A DNA stretch of 64,000 nt from Curvularia clavata (lineage: Eukaryota). Shown piece after piece: positions 1 to 14,000 of the stretch. A model generated the notes under the pieces. That model did no database searches and was not told the DNA's origin. It saw only the letters and a list, made by a program, of their open reading frames with translations. Positions within the stretch are counted from its first letter, which is position 1; every line of letters begins with the position of its first letter. Location: contig CP089275.1 of the NCBI GenBank assembly GCA_023920165.1, forward strand, positions 5,146,001 to 5,210,000, given 5' to 3'. The position numbers and the translations under genes were made by a program.

Positions 1-2468
1 TGAAGGCCCGCGTTCGGAGCTGGGGCGGTTCTGATTGGTTGGTTGGCGGGGGGCAGCACCTTTCACCTGCTTTCAAGGGCGTCACACGTGTGAGGTTGAA
101 CCATGATTGCTCTCTGGTTGCGGCTGCGGGTTAGCGGTTAGTTGCAGCAGCAGCACGACTGTCCAGTAGTCTGCGCGACAGACTCGGATTGCAGTCGCTA
201 GACACCAGGGCCTGGTATGTCACTACGTAGTTTTGAGAAGATTACTAGCACAAGATTACTCGGCCGCGGTGGGCGTTTCCGAAGCCACCAAACCATGCTT
301 TTTCAATGACAACATGGACTTGTCGTAGTCTGCTCACTCGGCGCTGCATGGGAGCAGAATACACTGGGTTTTCAATAGCGCTGCAGTAGACGGCGTGCAA
401 GATGCGATGCTGTTCGCTAGTTGCGACGCCCCAAGTGTTTGAGGTTTCGATGACTTGCAAATCCCCACCAGTTCCTATGGAAACTCGGGCCAAGTCGAAC
501 ATGCACGCGCAAGAGGACGCGCAAGTGTGCAGCGCGTTTGCATCTCAAACACTCGAGCACTTGGGCATAATGTCCAAGCAACGGGGATGGACACGGTGGT
601 GGTGGGCGAGTTGTCACGTTGGGGCATGCTTGGCCTTGTTTGCTAGTCTTGCGACTTCTGCCATGGCGCCACAAAAGCTGGGTGGAGCTATGTGTACATA
701 CATACTATGTAGGTGTTGACGGGCTGTGCGGCTGAAATCAAAACAGCAGGATGACAATCTATTGGCACCAGGGTAGGATCAAGGCAGGTGGTGAAGACGA
801 CGGCGCCGGCGGTTTGCAGCACGCCATAGGGCCGGGCGATAAAGGCTTGCAGGATTCATGCAGTAGTTGTATACTGTACTGGGAAGGGCAAACAAGGCTG
901 GGACCTGCTCTTGGAAACGGGCGCCAGCGCCTTGCTGGGAGAGCCGTGGCCCACCCTGGTCCAACGTCATGTCACAGAGTCTTGTAATGGTACATTCTGG
1001 TACCATGTGCACGCCCATGCAGCAGCAAAGTATTGGAATTGCGGGGCCTGTCGGAAGGGGCCGACCTGGGTCAGCAGAGGTGGTGGTGGGCAGAGAGGTG
1101 GACAGCTGTCATCCAGAGCATGACAGATGCGAAATTTTTTTTATAGGGGAGGCGATGCAGTTCATGCGAAAAGGGCGAGATTCCATTGCTGGCTTGGCCC
1201 GGGTGGGAATCAGCGAGCAGTGCCTCGAGGGATTATTTTTAGGCGGGCTGGGCGGAGCGCTTGAACGGCGCGGCGGTGCGGGAGGTTCAGTGTGGTGGCG
1301 GCAGCGCTGGGAGTGAGAAGAAGAGGCCGCGCAAGCTGGCCCGGAGCGGCCTAGCCCATTTGGGGCGGGCCAATGGGAGGGCGGTGCCACGGTGCAGCGG
1401 CCAGGGGAGCAGCCAAGGACAAAATTGAAGCCAGGGGGCGACGCTTGTCATGTTGCAGTCTGACGGGTGGTCTTTGGCCATGAAAGATGCCCGAGGCCCT
1501 CGTCAGCCGGATCCGTAGGACGCGTAGCAGGCTGGCAATGGGGACGCAGCGATGAAACGCCGATGGCGCGACGCCAGCACAACGACGTCACTGGCAGGCC
1601 AAAAAAAATAGTAGTATGTCGTCGTGATGCCGTGAGTGCATGGGCTGGCTCGGAGCGACGTTGTTGAGGCGGGAGAGGGCACTGGCGGTTGCGCAACAAG
1701 GTGAGCCATGCCGCATCGAGTTTATGCAGAGCAACACTTGATAGCTGCGCGCGGCGTGATTTGGTGGCGGCCTGGCTCGTCTGTCCTGGCCGTCGTGGCA
1801 TCCATCCAAGCCAGCCAGCTTACAAGCAACGCCTGCCCCAACGTCCGCAACGGCCATCGACAATCGATACGTACTGTGTAGTCGAGTAAGGTAGCAGCCG
1901 TGTAGAATGCACCTCAGCAGCAGCACCCAAGCGCAGCGCACTCCATCCCCACGGCGCACGAGGCTAGCCGATCCTTTCGCCGCTGCAGAATCCGATGCTT
2001 GCCCCTTGTAAGCTAGAGTCGGTTAGGGCCACCGCGCCAAGCCTCGCCGGCAGCAGGAGCGACCCAGGCTAGCCTCTGTCTGGGGGCGAGCAACGAGGGA
2101 AAAAGGGTCGGCCGTCGCTCTCCTTCCCAGCCCACCCTCTCTCCTCCAACGCCCCAGAGCGCACGCAGCAACTCGTCCGGTCTCTGCTCCCCCATCGCCA
2201 GCCAGGACAGTCACTCGTTTCTCTCTGCTGCCCTCTTCAGCCAACTCCATCGACCCATTCACTTTGGTTGCTGCTCGCCCGGCCGAGCTACACGTTGTTA
2301 GTTGCTATCAGGAGCCATAGTACTACTTGCAGTACCACTACCACTACCATAAAACCACCCGCCATCCCTCCCGCACCCACACAACTCCCCTCGCCCTGCA
2401 TCGCCTCGCCTCAGATGCGATAGGCAGCCCCAGCCCTACACAGCACGTCCACGCATCCATCCCTCACA

Positions 2469-4668
2469 ATGGCGCCGCGATTCAACCCAGGAAAGCTGTT
2501 CATCCGAACGCGCTTCAACTACGAAAAGGTCCCCGGCCAGGAGAGCCAGGGTTCTTCCCCCCTACCGCTCTTCAACACAAAATCATGGGGCAAGAAGTAT
2601 GGCCAGCCCGCCTGGGCCAGCCGCATCCAGCGCCCTCGCCTCTCCTTTGCGCGCCTCATCACCCTTGCCGTGACGATAATACTCGTCTTCTCCATGATCG
2701 GCACCGGCGTCTACAGGAGGCATAGGTGGCACGCCCAGCCTCACAAGGGCGACGAGCGCAAGCAGTACCACTGGGAACACTACCCTCGGTAAGAGCTCCC
2801 TTCTTTCTGCTATATTTTCCTGTCACACATACTGACCCTTTCCCAGCCTCAACGGCTTCTTCAATGGAGTTCGCACTCTCGTGCCCTACGGCGACTGGGT
2901 ATCCGAGCAAGACTATGTCAAGTACTCGCAGAGCCCTAACCCTGAAGACAATGTCAAGCCCAAATGGCCGCACATGTCCAAGGAGAACAAGGAGCCTCCA
3001 ATGGATCCCGTTCCCTTCGATCCCTACAAGTTCGACTCCCCCCAGTACCTCAAGGACCACGACGAGGTCAAGACGTGCTATCTCGACGAGGAGGAGAAGA
3101 TCGACCTGCCTGACATCTACGCTTACCCCGGTATCCCCCAGAACATGACTGCTCCTTTCTTCGGCTCATACGAGGAGCTCGGTTTCGACGACAAGAAGTG
3201 CTTTGACCGCTTCGGTCGCTTCGGACCGTACGGCTACTCGTACTCTCGCGACGAGGGCGGTCTTGAGATGGACGGCAAGTCTGAGAAGGCCGGCGCCGAC
3301 AAGATCTGGAGCTGGGAAAAGAAGGTCGACTACCGCAAGGTCAACTGGGCCTCTGCCATGAAGCGATGCCGCGAAAAGAACGCCCACCGCTTCAAGACTA
3401 ACAAGACCGATGATTCGGCTCCCGCAAAGAAGAAGGTGCCTCGCCACGCCTACGTTCTCCGCACCTGGACCGGCTACAAGTACAGCGACTACCAGATTCT
3501 TACTCTCCGCGCTATGATCAACGAGCTTTCCCTCAAGTCCGGAGGCGAGTACGACGTTCACTTCCTGCTACACGTCAAGGACGACAGCCTCCCAATCTGG
3601 TCGTCAGAGGAGATCTACCAAAAGGTCATCGAAGACAACCTGCCCAAGGAGTTCTGGGGTATGGCTACGCTCTGGTCGGAGCAGCAAATGCGCATGTACT
3701 ACCCCGAGCCATTCCCCAACAATGTCTACAACCACGCCAAAGCCCCGGTCCACTCCGTCTACCGCAGCGCTCACTTTGCCATGCAGTGGTTCGCCCAAGC
3801 CCGCCCAGAGTACGACTTTTACTGGAACTGGGAAATGGATCTCCGTCTCAGCGGCCACTACTACGAGTTCCACAACAAGATTGGCGAGTGGGCCAAGAAG
3901 CAGCCTCGCAAGGGCTTGTGGGAGCGCTCGTCGCGATACTACATTCCCGAGCTCCACGGATCATGGAAGAACTTCACCGAAATGGTTGAGGAGGAGCTCT
4001 ACAACAGCGACGAGAAGCCAGTCTGGGGCCCTCCCAAGTTCCCCAACACCGGCATGCTTCCTAGCCCTCCTGAGGTCGAGCCACCCCACTCTTATCTCCA
4101 AGACAACTACGAATGGGGTGTAGGCGAGGAAGCCGACATCATCACCTTCAACCCCATCTTCGACCCGGCAAAGACCAACTGGGTCTTCCGTGACGATGTG
4201 ACCGGTTACGACCTCGAGCTTCCGGAACCCCCGCGCCGCTGTGCCATCATCACCGTTTCGCGTCTTTCAAAGCGCCTCTTGGATCTCATGCACCGCGAAA
4301 CCTACCTGATGAAGCACCACATGTTCCCCGAAATGTGGCCGCCGACCGTTGCCTTCCACCACGGACTTAAGGCCGTCTATGCTGCACACCCCGTCTACTT
4401 TGATCACAACTGGCCGCTCGAGATTCTCGAGGGAACTTTCAACCGTCCCCCGAAACCCACCGACAGCGTCTTTGGCTGGGGCGAACACAACCAGCTCGGC
4501 AACAGCTTCTACTACAACGCCGCCTTCTCGTCAGAGTGGTGGCGAAGGTGGCTCGGCTCTCGCGAAAACGACAAGGGCGGCGCCGCAGAGGAAGAAGCTG
4601 GCAGTGGCCGACTGTGCATGCGCAACACGCTCTTCCACCCCGTCAAGTACGAGAGGGGGTCTGAGTGA
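2469..4668 (+). CDS. DUF3405-family type II membrane protein (possible glycosyltransferase-like); 2 exons, intron 2789-2846
   Basis: ORF 2469 carries one TM helix (LITLAVTIILVFSMIG). It splices via GTAAGA..CTGAC..CAG into the 595-aa ORF with CFDRFGRFGPYG, LRAMINELSLKSGGEY, WNWEMDLR and W..GEEAD motifs typical of fungal DUF3405. Confidence 0.85.
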
Positions 4669-6202
4669 CTTCGCTTGCTTCGCAAATATACCCCTTTAAT
4701 CGCTGGCTTGTGCGGATTGCTTCTTTGTCGGCTCATTCTTCGCCTCCGCAAATTCGTCTGTTTATAGATTATCTTTTGCGTTACTTTGGGTCCTGCATCT
4801 GCAACGTTCACTTTCGTGGCGTTTTCACCATCGGGCGGCGTAAAACGGCGTTTTTCCTTTTGTTCTTTTCTTTTCTCTCCCTCTTTCTCCAGGAACATTC
4901 GGTTGCGAGCGTATTTCCTTGGTCTCTCCGGTATCGCACACTCGAGTTCCGGATTATCTTACCTTCTCAGCGTATACCTCTTGCTTGACACCAAAAAGTC
5001 GCAGGAAGAGTAATCAGCCGACAATCCCGGCGTCCCCTCCTTTTGGCCAGCGTCTTGGGTGTTGGACTGAAAAAAAGAAGCCTTGTTTGGATTGTGGATG
5101 GGGAAGTGCGGAGGATTAATAGGAGAGCCGATTTGCTCCCTTCCCGATGTATTGCTTTGGGAGTTTTTTTCTTTGTCCGACGTTCGGTATGTTGATATGT
5201 GTAGATGATGGGATACCTGTACCCGGGCTCTTTTATTCCTACGGCGAAACCCACCCAAGACTGGTCTCTGAACTGTGGTTGTACATTTATGAAAATGCAA
5301 TACAATAATCACATAATGTCCAAAACGACTTGTGTTCTGGTTCCTTGTGCACGGTGATGTGGTGATTGTTATTCACCTAGTGTCAGACAGCGGTCAATTG
5401 GTCAAACGCAGTATCACCACTATGGAGCGGCTCAAACGGCGAAGAAGATTGCAGTTTGCCGAACGATGAAGCTCGGGATCAGATTGCGTACATCATTATG
5501 CGTTCCAAAGCGGGAGTGGTCGGCATGCCGTGGTGTAGCTACACACATCACCACATACTGTTAGACGTCACTTTTCCGTAGCCCCTGCCCCCTGATGCAT
5601 ATGGTAAACATCAAGCACATTCCTCGGCTCGCCAGCCACTTGGGTGTCTGCGCGGTGTCTGGCTCTTGTCAGGGGCTGGGGCACTGTGTGGCGTGGCTAG
5701 ACAGATGGTGATGTCAAAGCGGCTTCCCCAACACTTGACACCCCGGCGGTAGGACCACGTTATCGCCCCCCTTGATAACTCCCAATCTCTCAATTGACAC
5801 GCGGCTGTCCCCACACGTTGTCGCTAACCTTAGCCTCTGTTACCCAGAACAAGCATCGGCACATCCCCTGGCAGCAGCACTATCGCAGGCTTAATCGCCG
5901 CTTGACTGTGAAGAGTTAAAGGTGGGGCGGGAATAATGGCAGGCGACGAAGCCTAGGCGCATCCTCGATCTGCGCGCAACGTACATGAGCGAACATGCAC
6001 GCCCGCCATGTGAGCACGCGATAAACTGTCCTTGACCTCCTTTTGCCCTTGCTTCTTTTTTCCAAACAGAATCCTTGCCATACGCCACAGACTTGTCGGT
6101 CTACGGCGTGTTCTAGTCTTTTGAAGGCACTATAGCCATCTCCCTTTCCAACGATCGGGGCTATTGGACCATGTGCCTCATATACACCAATCCGCAGTCA
6201 CG

Positions 6203-7423
6203 ATGAGGCTCCCGGTCGAGACTCTCTTCCTCCTTGCGCATATCATATACTTTACCATTGCCACACCTGTACCCGTCGCCCGTCGCAGTACACCTTTCCG
6301 TGCCCTCCGCGGCCTATCGCCGTTAGTTAACTCTTTTTCCAACGGCCATACCTACCGACATGCGCCCACGAAGTACTTTTACGAATCGACGTTCAATTCA
6401 CACTACGATGGCCGGTTTGCTTCATCTGAGCTTCCCTTTGCGGAACGAGTATGGAACCTACGGCTGATGCTAAAAGCCTACACCGAGACCATGGATCAGA
6501 TAGGGATCCAGACATGGATCATGCATGGGTGTCTGCTAGGATGGTGGTGGAACGAAGGCCTAATGCCCTGGGACAAGGACCTCGATTTCCTCGTCGAAGA
6601 AGAAGGGATCCATGAACTCGGTGAATGGTGGAACATGACGATCCACCACTTCGAAGCCAAGCGGCTGGGTCTCGAAGACGAACACTCTCTCGAAAGCGAC
6701 CATTGGGCCAGCGAACGCCGCAGCGAGCAAGAAGAAGCCGAAGACGACGAAGCGCGCACAAAGCGCCTAGGCTGGGAGAAAGAGGTCCGGGAAAAAGGGA
6801 AAAAGTACCTCATGGAGGTCAATCCAAACTACACCAACAAATCCACAACAGACAAGTACAACCTCATTGACGCGCGGTGGATCGACACCTCCAACGGCCT
6901 CTACATCGACATCACCACCCTGCACGTTGCACCCGTCAAACAATCCGACGAAGACGACACCTTCTCCCTCACCCCCTCCTTCACTACCTACCCCTCGGCT
7001 CACGAACCGGACCCAGACGACCCCTCCGACGACATCCAACTCTACGTCAAAGATACACACGCCTACCTCTCGTCTCAAATCTACCCTCTCCGCACCTCGT
7101 CCCTCGAGGGTGTCCCCGTAAAAATCCCCTACGCCTACGAAGAACTGCTCCTCGAGGAATACGGCCCAGATGCTCTCACCGAATCCTGGTATAATGGCTA
7201 TGCATTTGATAAAGAGAGGGCGCAGTGGGAGATGAAGGATCCGACAGAGGAGCAGAGAAGGTATTTTAGAGACAAGTTGGGCAGGGAGAAGGGCAGGGCG
7301 AGTGGCACGGGGAGGATTACACATGTTTGGACTGGAGGGGAGGAGACTGCCGGGACTGGAGAGAGTAGTTTTGCAAAGGATGTTAGGGGGTTGAATGGGG
7401 AGAAAGTTGCTGCGTGGAATTGA
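6203..7423 (+). CDS. LicD-family phosphotransferase (MNN4-like mannosylphosphorylation protein)
   Basis: N-terminal hydrophobic signal, then HYDGRF, TWIMHGCLLGWWWN..MPWDKDLD, IDARWIDT.NGLYIDIT and IYPLR motifs. First ATG at 6203. Confidence 0.85.
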   Translation: MRLPVETLFLLAHIIYFTIATPVPVARRSTPFRALRGLSPLVNSFSNGHTYRHAPTKYFYESTFNSHYDGRFASSELPFAERVWNLRLMLKAYTETMDQIGIQTWIMHGCLLGWWWNEGLMPWDKDLDFLVEEEGIHELGEWWNMTIHHFEAKRLGLEDEHSLESDHWASERRSEQEEAEDDEARTKRLGWEKEVREKGKKYLMEVNPNYTNKSTTDKYNLIDARWIDTSNGLYIDITTLHVAPVKQSDEDDTFSLTPSFTTYPSAHEPDPDDPSDDIQLYVKDTHAYLSSQIYPLRTSSLEGVPVKIPYAYEELLLEEYGPDALTESWYNGYAFDKERAQWEMKDPTEEQRRYFRDKLGREKGRASGTGRITHVWTGGEETAGTGESSFAKDVRGLNGEKVAAWN

Positions 7424-7948
7424 GCGGGTGCCCTTGCATGCGTTGTAATGTTTTGGTAATGTTGTTGTTGTTGTTGGATATGAGTGCGAAGGAAAAGATT
7501 GGGGAACCCAGGATATTTTTTCGGTTTGGGCGTTCGGGGAAAAAGTATGGGTTGGGGCTGGTGTTAAAGGACCTGTTGTGTATATGCCATGAATAGATCT
7601 AACATGGGGCGTGTATATACGAGATATGTTGTATAAACATGCTTTTACTCTTCCAAATCCAAGGATGTAATTCAGACGAGATGCTTTATCTTTTCGCAAT
7701 CAAGTTGGAATAGTTTGTTTGGTGCAAAAAAGATAAATTAAATTATTGGACAATTTCATCATTCATATTGCAGACTTTATCGCTCTAATAGTCAGCCTGT
7801 ATCATTTAGCAAGAAAATGCACATGATCAATCCAAACCCGCAAAAAGATCATGTAGGAATGCAAAAAAGAAAAGAAAACGCCCGCCATGCATTGCCAAAA
7901 GACAGCCATGCCAATAACGCAAAAAAAGCACTTTTCATCTTATCCCTT

Positions 7949-9778
7949 TTACATCCTCCTTCCCCTCTCCTCCTCCATATCCACCGCCCCATATCCCTCT
8001 CCGACTCCGGGCATAAGCACCTCCCTCGCACCCTGAGCCTCCTCTTCTATATTCTCCCTATGAATCCTATTACTCTTCCTCCAGACAAACCCAACCAGCG
8101 ATGCGCCAACCAGCAGTGCCAGACTAAGCAAGATGACGTTTACAGGCACAGGGTCGTTGTGGAATACCTTGTGTGTTGCAGCGTCGAGGGCGGACTGCGA
8201 GAAGTTGAGGAGGCCTGCGAGACAGATGATGAGGCCGTAGACTTTGCCGAAAGTGGCGAAGCCAAAGACTTTGGCGGAGTAGTCGCTGTTTCGTGTGTTA
8301 GTAACTTGACTCTGTGATGAAGAGGAACGAGGGTTTGCAGCGACTTACGAAACAGCAGTGTAGTACAGGGGGCGGTAGAGCACGAAAAGAACAATGTTGG
8401 CGTATGCAGCCCATGTCTCAGGGATAACGCCTAGCACGCCGATGGTGGTGGCGATGGTGACCAGGAGGGAGAGGGTGAATGTTGTGCTGGTGTTGTCCAG
8501 GAGGAGACCAATAAAGGGAACGGACAAAACGCCGCCGACGGGCAGGGCCACGTCGAAGAAGTTGTTGATTTCGACGGCTTTTTCGTAGTTGTGGAAGAGG
8601 TAGGTGTATTGGGTTCGGATAGTGGCGACGAAGTAGTTGATACGCGTCATTTGGAGGACAGTGAAGAGCGTGATGAGGATAAACCATGGCGTGCGGATCT
8701 GCTGGCTGGCGGTGCGGCCGTGAAGTGCTCCCCACACACCAGAGATGTTCTTCTTCTTCTCTTCGGCCTTGGCTTGGTCTAGACCGTCTTTTGTACCAAG
8801 CAGCGAGGTGATCTCGCTGACGATGCTATCGCGGTGTGCACGCCGAGCATCTTGGATGCTTTGGACCGTTGCTGCATCTTCAATCTCGTCATCTGAATCG
8901 TGGATGACGCGTTCTTCGTCTGCAGTGGTGACGAGCTCTCCCACGGTCTTGTAAGAGACAGATGGCATGAATAGGACCTGAACAACCAGAATAAAGGCTG
9001 GAACGACAAGGTAAATGAGGAAGAACTTTTTGACAGAAAAGTCGCCATCGGTTCCCTGATAGATCAACCGGTAGATCAAGAAGATGGCACTTGAAGTGTC
9101 GAATGCGCCAGTAAGCAGCGCCAGAATAAGTCCAGAGTACTGCGGAAACGTATTGCTCAACTGGAAAGACGAGATGAAAGTAAAGGGTCCGCCCAATGCC
9201 AAGAATAGGTATCCAGGAATGTATGCGTCAAAGGGAAGCTCTGCGGCAAAGGCAAAAAGCAATGCGCCAACTGCAATGGATACCGCACCAGTTATGCCGC
9301 ATACTCGTGGGCCATAGCGATCGAGGATTGTACCGACAGGCAGAGCGACGACATTGGTTGACACGGCCGCGATGGTGAACATGAGATTGAGCCTAAGCTC
9401 CTGCTCATAGCACACGCGAACATCGTTATCCAGCTCGTCCTTGCTACAATAATCTCTGTAGACCCCTTCTTCCAGTAGTACGGGTTTGATAGCGGCATAA
9501 CCAAAGACGACGCCTGCAGCGAACAGGCAGTATATGACGGCGAAGAAGACCTGGACTGCGCAACGTTAGCATTCTGCCACCAGCATAGCGTGAACCAACG
9601 TACGCAGTCTTTTCCACCGGGGCACCTCGAACGCGCCTATCGTTGGCTCTTCTCCCGTCGGCTCTGTCCATGTTCCCACGGGATTGAAGGACATTTTGCG
9701 ATGGCGCGAGTCTGGGCTTGCCTCTCTGCTCCATGGCTCATGTTCCTCTATCGACGTCACGCGTTGCGAGAGCGACAT
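7949..9778 (-). CDS. FMP42: FMP42/SLC43-like MFS transporter, multi-exon
   Basis: Spliced ORFs 9566-9778, ~9415-9552, 8345-9415, ~8140-8286 and 7949-8149. Multiple TM helices with ALPVGTILDRYGPR, ALGGPF and RPLYYTAVS. Confidence 0.85.
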
Positions 9779-11017
9779 GCTGGCGACTGCTTCTTGCTAC
9801 CAGTAGAATTGTACTTGCTCTTCTTTTTTTTTCTGCTCCAGCTACGCGTTCCAGCTCGCAGGTTTTCAGAGCTGTGTCCCGGTAGATTGGGATTCCAAGA
9901 ATGCGGGCTGGATATGACGTCGTGTCAGGGATGTTGTTCGAGGCTTCCGCGGACCAACCAGATGAAACCTTGATGTTTTTCGCTCCCGGGACCCTCGACC
10001 AAGAGTCTTATCGCACAGGCTCAGGGACAAAAAAAGGGAGATCAGGGTTCGAGGTATACTATATATGCAAGGAAAAGCATCGAATTGAAGAAGAAAGCGG
10101 GGACGCGGAATGCATGCATCCGGCAAATGGGCGCGCGTTGTACTATGAACCGCTGTCATGGGTGTGTGCTGGGCGCGTGATCACATTCCTCGATGATGTC
10201 GGGCCTACCATTACACAGAGAAGCACGCACTAGCTGAATCCTTTACAAATGATGTGCTCATCATGTTTTTGCCGTCATTGTTCCTTATCGAGCTCCGACT
10301 TCACCAGAGTAGCAAGCGGATAGCTACCAATTGAGGTGCCCACTCTCTCGTCGGGGAGCTCCATCTGCGAGCCTGGGCGGGAACTGCGCACAGCCAATCG
10401 CAGCTCGACTCTGCCGCGGATAACAAACGCTTTGGTAACCTTGCAGATGCAATGGCGTCAAATTTTCCTTTTCACCAACCCCGTACCTGATCGCTCAGCG
10501 CCGATGAGCGATGGCTACCTGCAGCGGAAGCCTCCTGGGGCAAGGGAGGTCGTGCTTTTTTGCAAGCGCGAGTATCTGTCTTTGCAGAGATTTTCGTAGG
10601 CTGTGAAAGTCTGGACCCTTCAGGGTTGAGTGTAGCCCTGCAGCCGAGCCGTCGATAGCTGGGGTTCTCTTCCGATACCGCCCAAGATGAGAATGCTTGG
10701 ATAATATTCCATGCATAAATTTGCGGGGTGGAATACATTGCCCTGTTGAGCTGATGAGGTGAAGCAGGGACCATGGTAAAAGCTGGAAAACGTGCATGTG
10801 TCATTTGTCAACACTTTTCTTTTAAGCCGCGTGTCTTTGACCCGTTGCTTACTTTTTGGCGGTCTCCTTTTTGGTATTCCAGCGTTGTTTATAGTTTGAT
10901 CCAGATTGGTCGTGCCATAGTTGCCACCGTCTGAGCAAACTACAGCAGCAGTTATTAATCCTAAATATCAGAGTATTCTGGCTACTCATACTGCGGCAAG
11001 CTCACCACCCTGCCACA

Positions 11018-14000
11018 TCAAACATCCTTCTGGCGTCCTGGAAGAACCCAAAAAGAGGCTACAATACCCAAAAATACCATCATCGGAACAGATGCATTTT
11101 GTAGGTCACTTGGATGAAGTTTCAACCACCAAACCCAGAAACCAAACCATGCCAGAATTGATGCTGTGTGATAGATGAAAACCATTGGAAAAGACAGCAC
11201 GTAAACAGCTTCGAGCCCATAAGCAACATTCTCAGGTAGTGCCACTTTGGTATCAAATAGAGATAGTTTTCTTGGGATTCTTTGCCACTTGTGAGAGGCT
11301 TCGTAGGGACGACAACATCGGTGTCTGAAAAAGGGAAGACGAGACCAAAGGCAATACCTGCTGCATGTACGGAGGTATCTCATAAATTCGTGCTTGCCAA
11401 TTGGTGGCCTCTCGGCAATTCGGGGTCGAGGGTGGTACTGAGCCTCGCGGTGATGGTCCTCAGGAAGGTGTTCTCCGCAACAATACACTCGGTCAATGTT
11501 CATCGTGTCAAACTATGTGGATTAGTGTTGTCTTGGGGAGAAGAGGGGAAAGGGATAAGAAGCACCACACATACCTGTACAAATCTACAGTAACAGAATA
11601 TATAGGGAGACAACCTTCTCAATAGAGACCATCGATACTTGGATTCTAATCGTCTTAGCTCAGTGAAGAATGTGGCATCGTTCATAAGAGGGCATGATGT
11701 GTCAATGTTCTCTATGTCATTGAAGCCAGATCCGTCTTCGATCCCAAAAACAACCCATGCTGAAACTTGAGAGGGATTTGTAGGTAAACCATTCGTGCTA
11801 TTGCTTTGTACTTGCGCGAAGTTGCTAGTGACATTGCTTGATTGAGAGGATGTTGCGCCTACCGCGTTGTTTGCGCTGGCTGATGATGTTCCTGCCGCTG
11901 GTGTATTCGATGGGGTATAACGCAGCCGAGCCGCGGATGCGGACGAAGACATAGGCCAGTAATTTTGAATTTTCTCGATTAGGCATGTCGAGACGTCCTT
12001 TAGAAACTCTAATGTATTCTGTTGGTTCACTTTCGCTCTGCAGCAATAGCATTTGGGTGGATGGCTGTCAATTTGATCCAGGACGCTCTGTACTTCAGCG
12101 GCTTCTGTGGACGATACAGCCCGGTAAAAGAAGTAACCTGAGATCTATACCAGGGTTTAGCCTACAACAGTTTACCGCACTTTGAGTGAGCCTACCTGCC
12201 ATTCAAGGCGTTGCCGGTCTGGCGGCAGATCAGGCACTCGGGATTTCAGAGGCCACCAGTCCCATTCGATGGCTGTGTTGTCTTCAACAAGCGCCTTGAT
12301 TCTATTGATAATGGTAACATCGTTTGTGTGTGATATGTGGATATCCTCTCTGGGAACAGTCTTTACCACTTCTCTTAGCGATGCAGGAAGGAGTAGCAAT
12401 CTTAACTCCAGGCTGAAAATATCCATGTGGCGGCGCAAAAACTCTTTAGCGCCGTCTATAACGGAAAAGAAGCTGATGTCGAAGTCGTCTTGGGGATCAA
12501 CTAGTCTTTTAGTCTTTCCACTGTCGTCACAGTCCTCGTCGCTATCCTCTTCACTTTCAAAAATTCCATCTGTATGAATTTGATCCACTGCAAGGTCATG
12601 CGTATAAGAAGCTAGCTCTTCTATACGGCTAGACTGTTCTTTCTTCGTTATGAGCCGACCATCTATTAGATCGAGCGGTACTCGCGGATATTGGTTGCGT
12701 AAATCAAAAAGTTCGATGAGTCTCCGCGCGATATCATTTCGGTTTCGTTGAGATTTCAATACACGAATAGTAACCTCTTCAGCATAGGTCCGTGCTTCTG
12801 ATCGTCCTTCCAATTTGAGTGCGTAAAATTTGAGAATTCGACAGTAGTAGTTTACAAAGCGCTTGTATCCAAGTCGCTTAGACAAGTTGTCGTGTAGTGG
12901 TCGCAGTTCTTTCAATCTCCAGAAGAAAGTCCCCAAGACGTTGATAGCGCGTAGCCTTGCACGCGTCCTTACTTCAATGCCAATTTGTGAACTAGTTTTT
13001 CTGTTGTAGGACAATACAGAGTTCTGGTCTTCGTCCCTCTCGTTCGATTCGGAAATCTTGAGACTAGGCACTCTTGATGTCGTCGCCATGAACACTGACT
13101 GTCTGTTTAGTTTGTACGCAAGTGCAAGCGCACGCTGTGATGCCAGTCGGTGTGGGTGATGTTCTGTCAACACCCTCTCTTGCACTCCTACTACATGTTC
13201 TAGCAGTGCTACTGCTTCCTTAAACCGCCCGCTGTCTCGGTATGCAATCGCCAGCATATATTCTTTCAGCAGTCGGTTCGCATCCGTCTCTTCGCATGCA
13301 CCCTGCCTCCATCGAAAGCTCACTTCTAGCCAATATACCGCCTCCGTAAATTTTTCATCCAACAAGAGACACTGTCCTGTTAATAAGCTCAGCTCAGCAT
13401 TCACCCCGTCGGTAAAGCTCTGGAAGTTCCTCAATAAGCAAAGCGCGTGCGGCCGATATGCCTTCCATGCTACCTCGTTCGCATGATAACTCGATGCAAT
13501 GACGTTCGTGGCATGCTTCAATGCTCGTTGTAGTGTGTCTGCTACGCTCTCAAACTTGCTCGTCCAGATACGGGCAGCTGAGTGCACAACTGGATGCATG
13601 TCATACCATTCTTCATTAGATATTTCTGCTTGCACCTCACCTCCACACTTAGAAAGGAGTGCGTAGCTGCACAAAATGTTGATCGCTTCTTTTGCCCGCT
13701 CTTCAGACTGCGTCATGATAAGCAGCGAACGGGGGATTGCCCTCCACCCGATGCATGATATGAATGCCAGAAGATCCGCCTCCACCAAGCTGCGCTCGCG
13801 GAGCTGAGAAAAGGAAACCATTAATGTCGTTACAATTGCTCTAGTTGAGTTTTCGTTATGTGTAGAGTCGAGAAACTGCTCAACACCAATCTCCATCAGA
13901 TCCTGTTCGGTACGGTTTAGCAACTGCATATACTTCGCTACAGATATATTATTCATGTTTAGATAGGCAGCTGTCTGTGCGATGGCCAAAGGCCAACACG

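Noticed and set aside
1..2400. Many overlapping 60-150 aa ORFs
   Set aside because: No recognisable domains or coding-like codon bias; probably a GC-rich promoter/intergenic region.
6767..7699. 310-aa minus-strand ORF
   Set aside because: Antisense shadow of the LicD gene and its 3' region.
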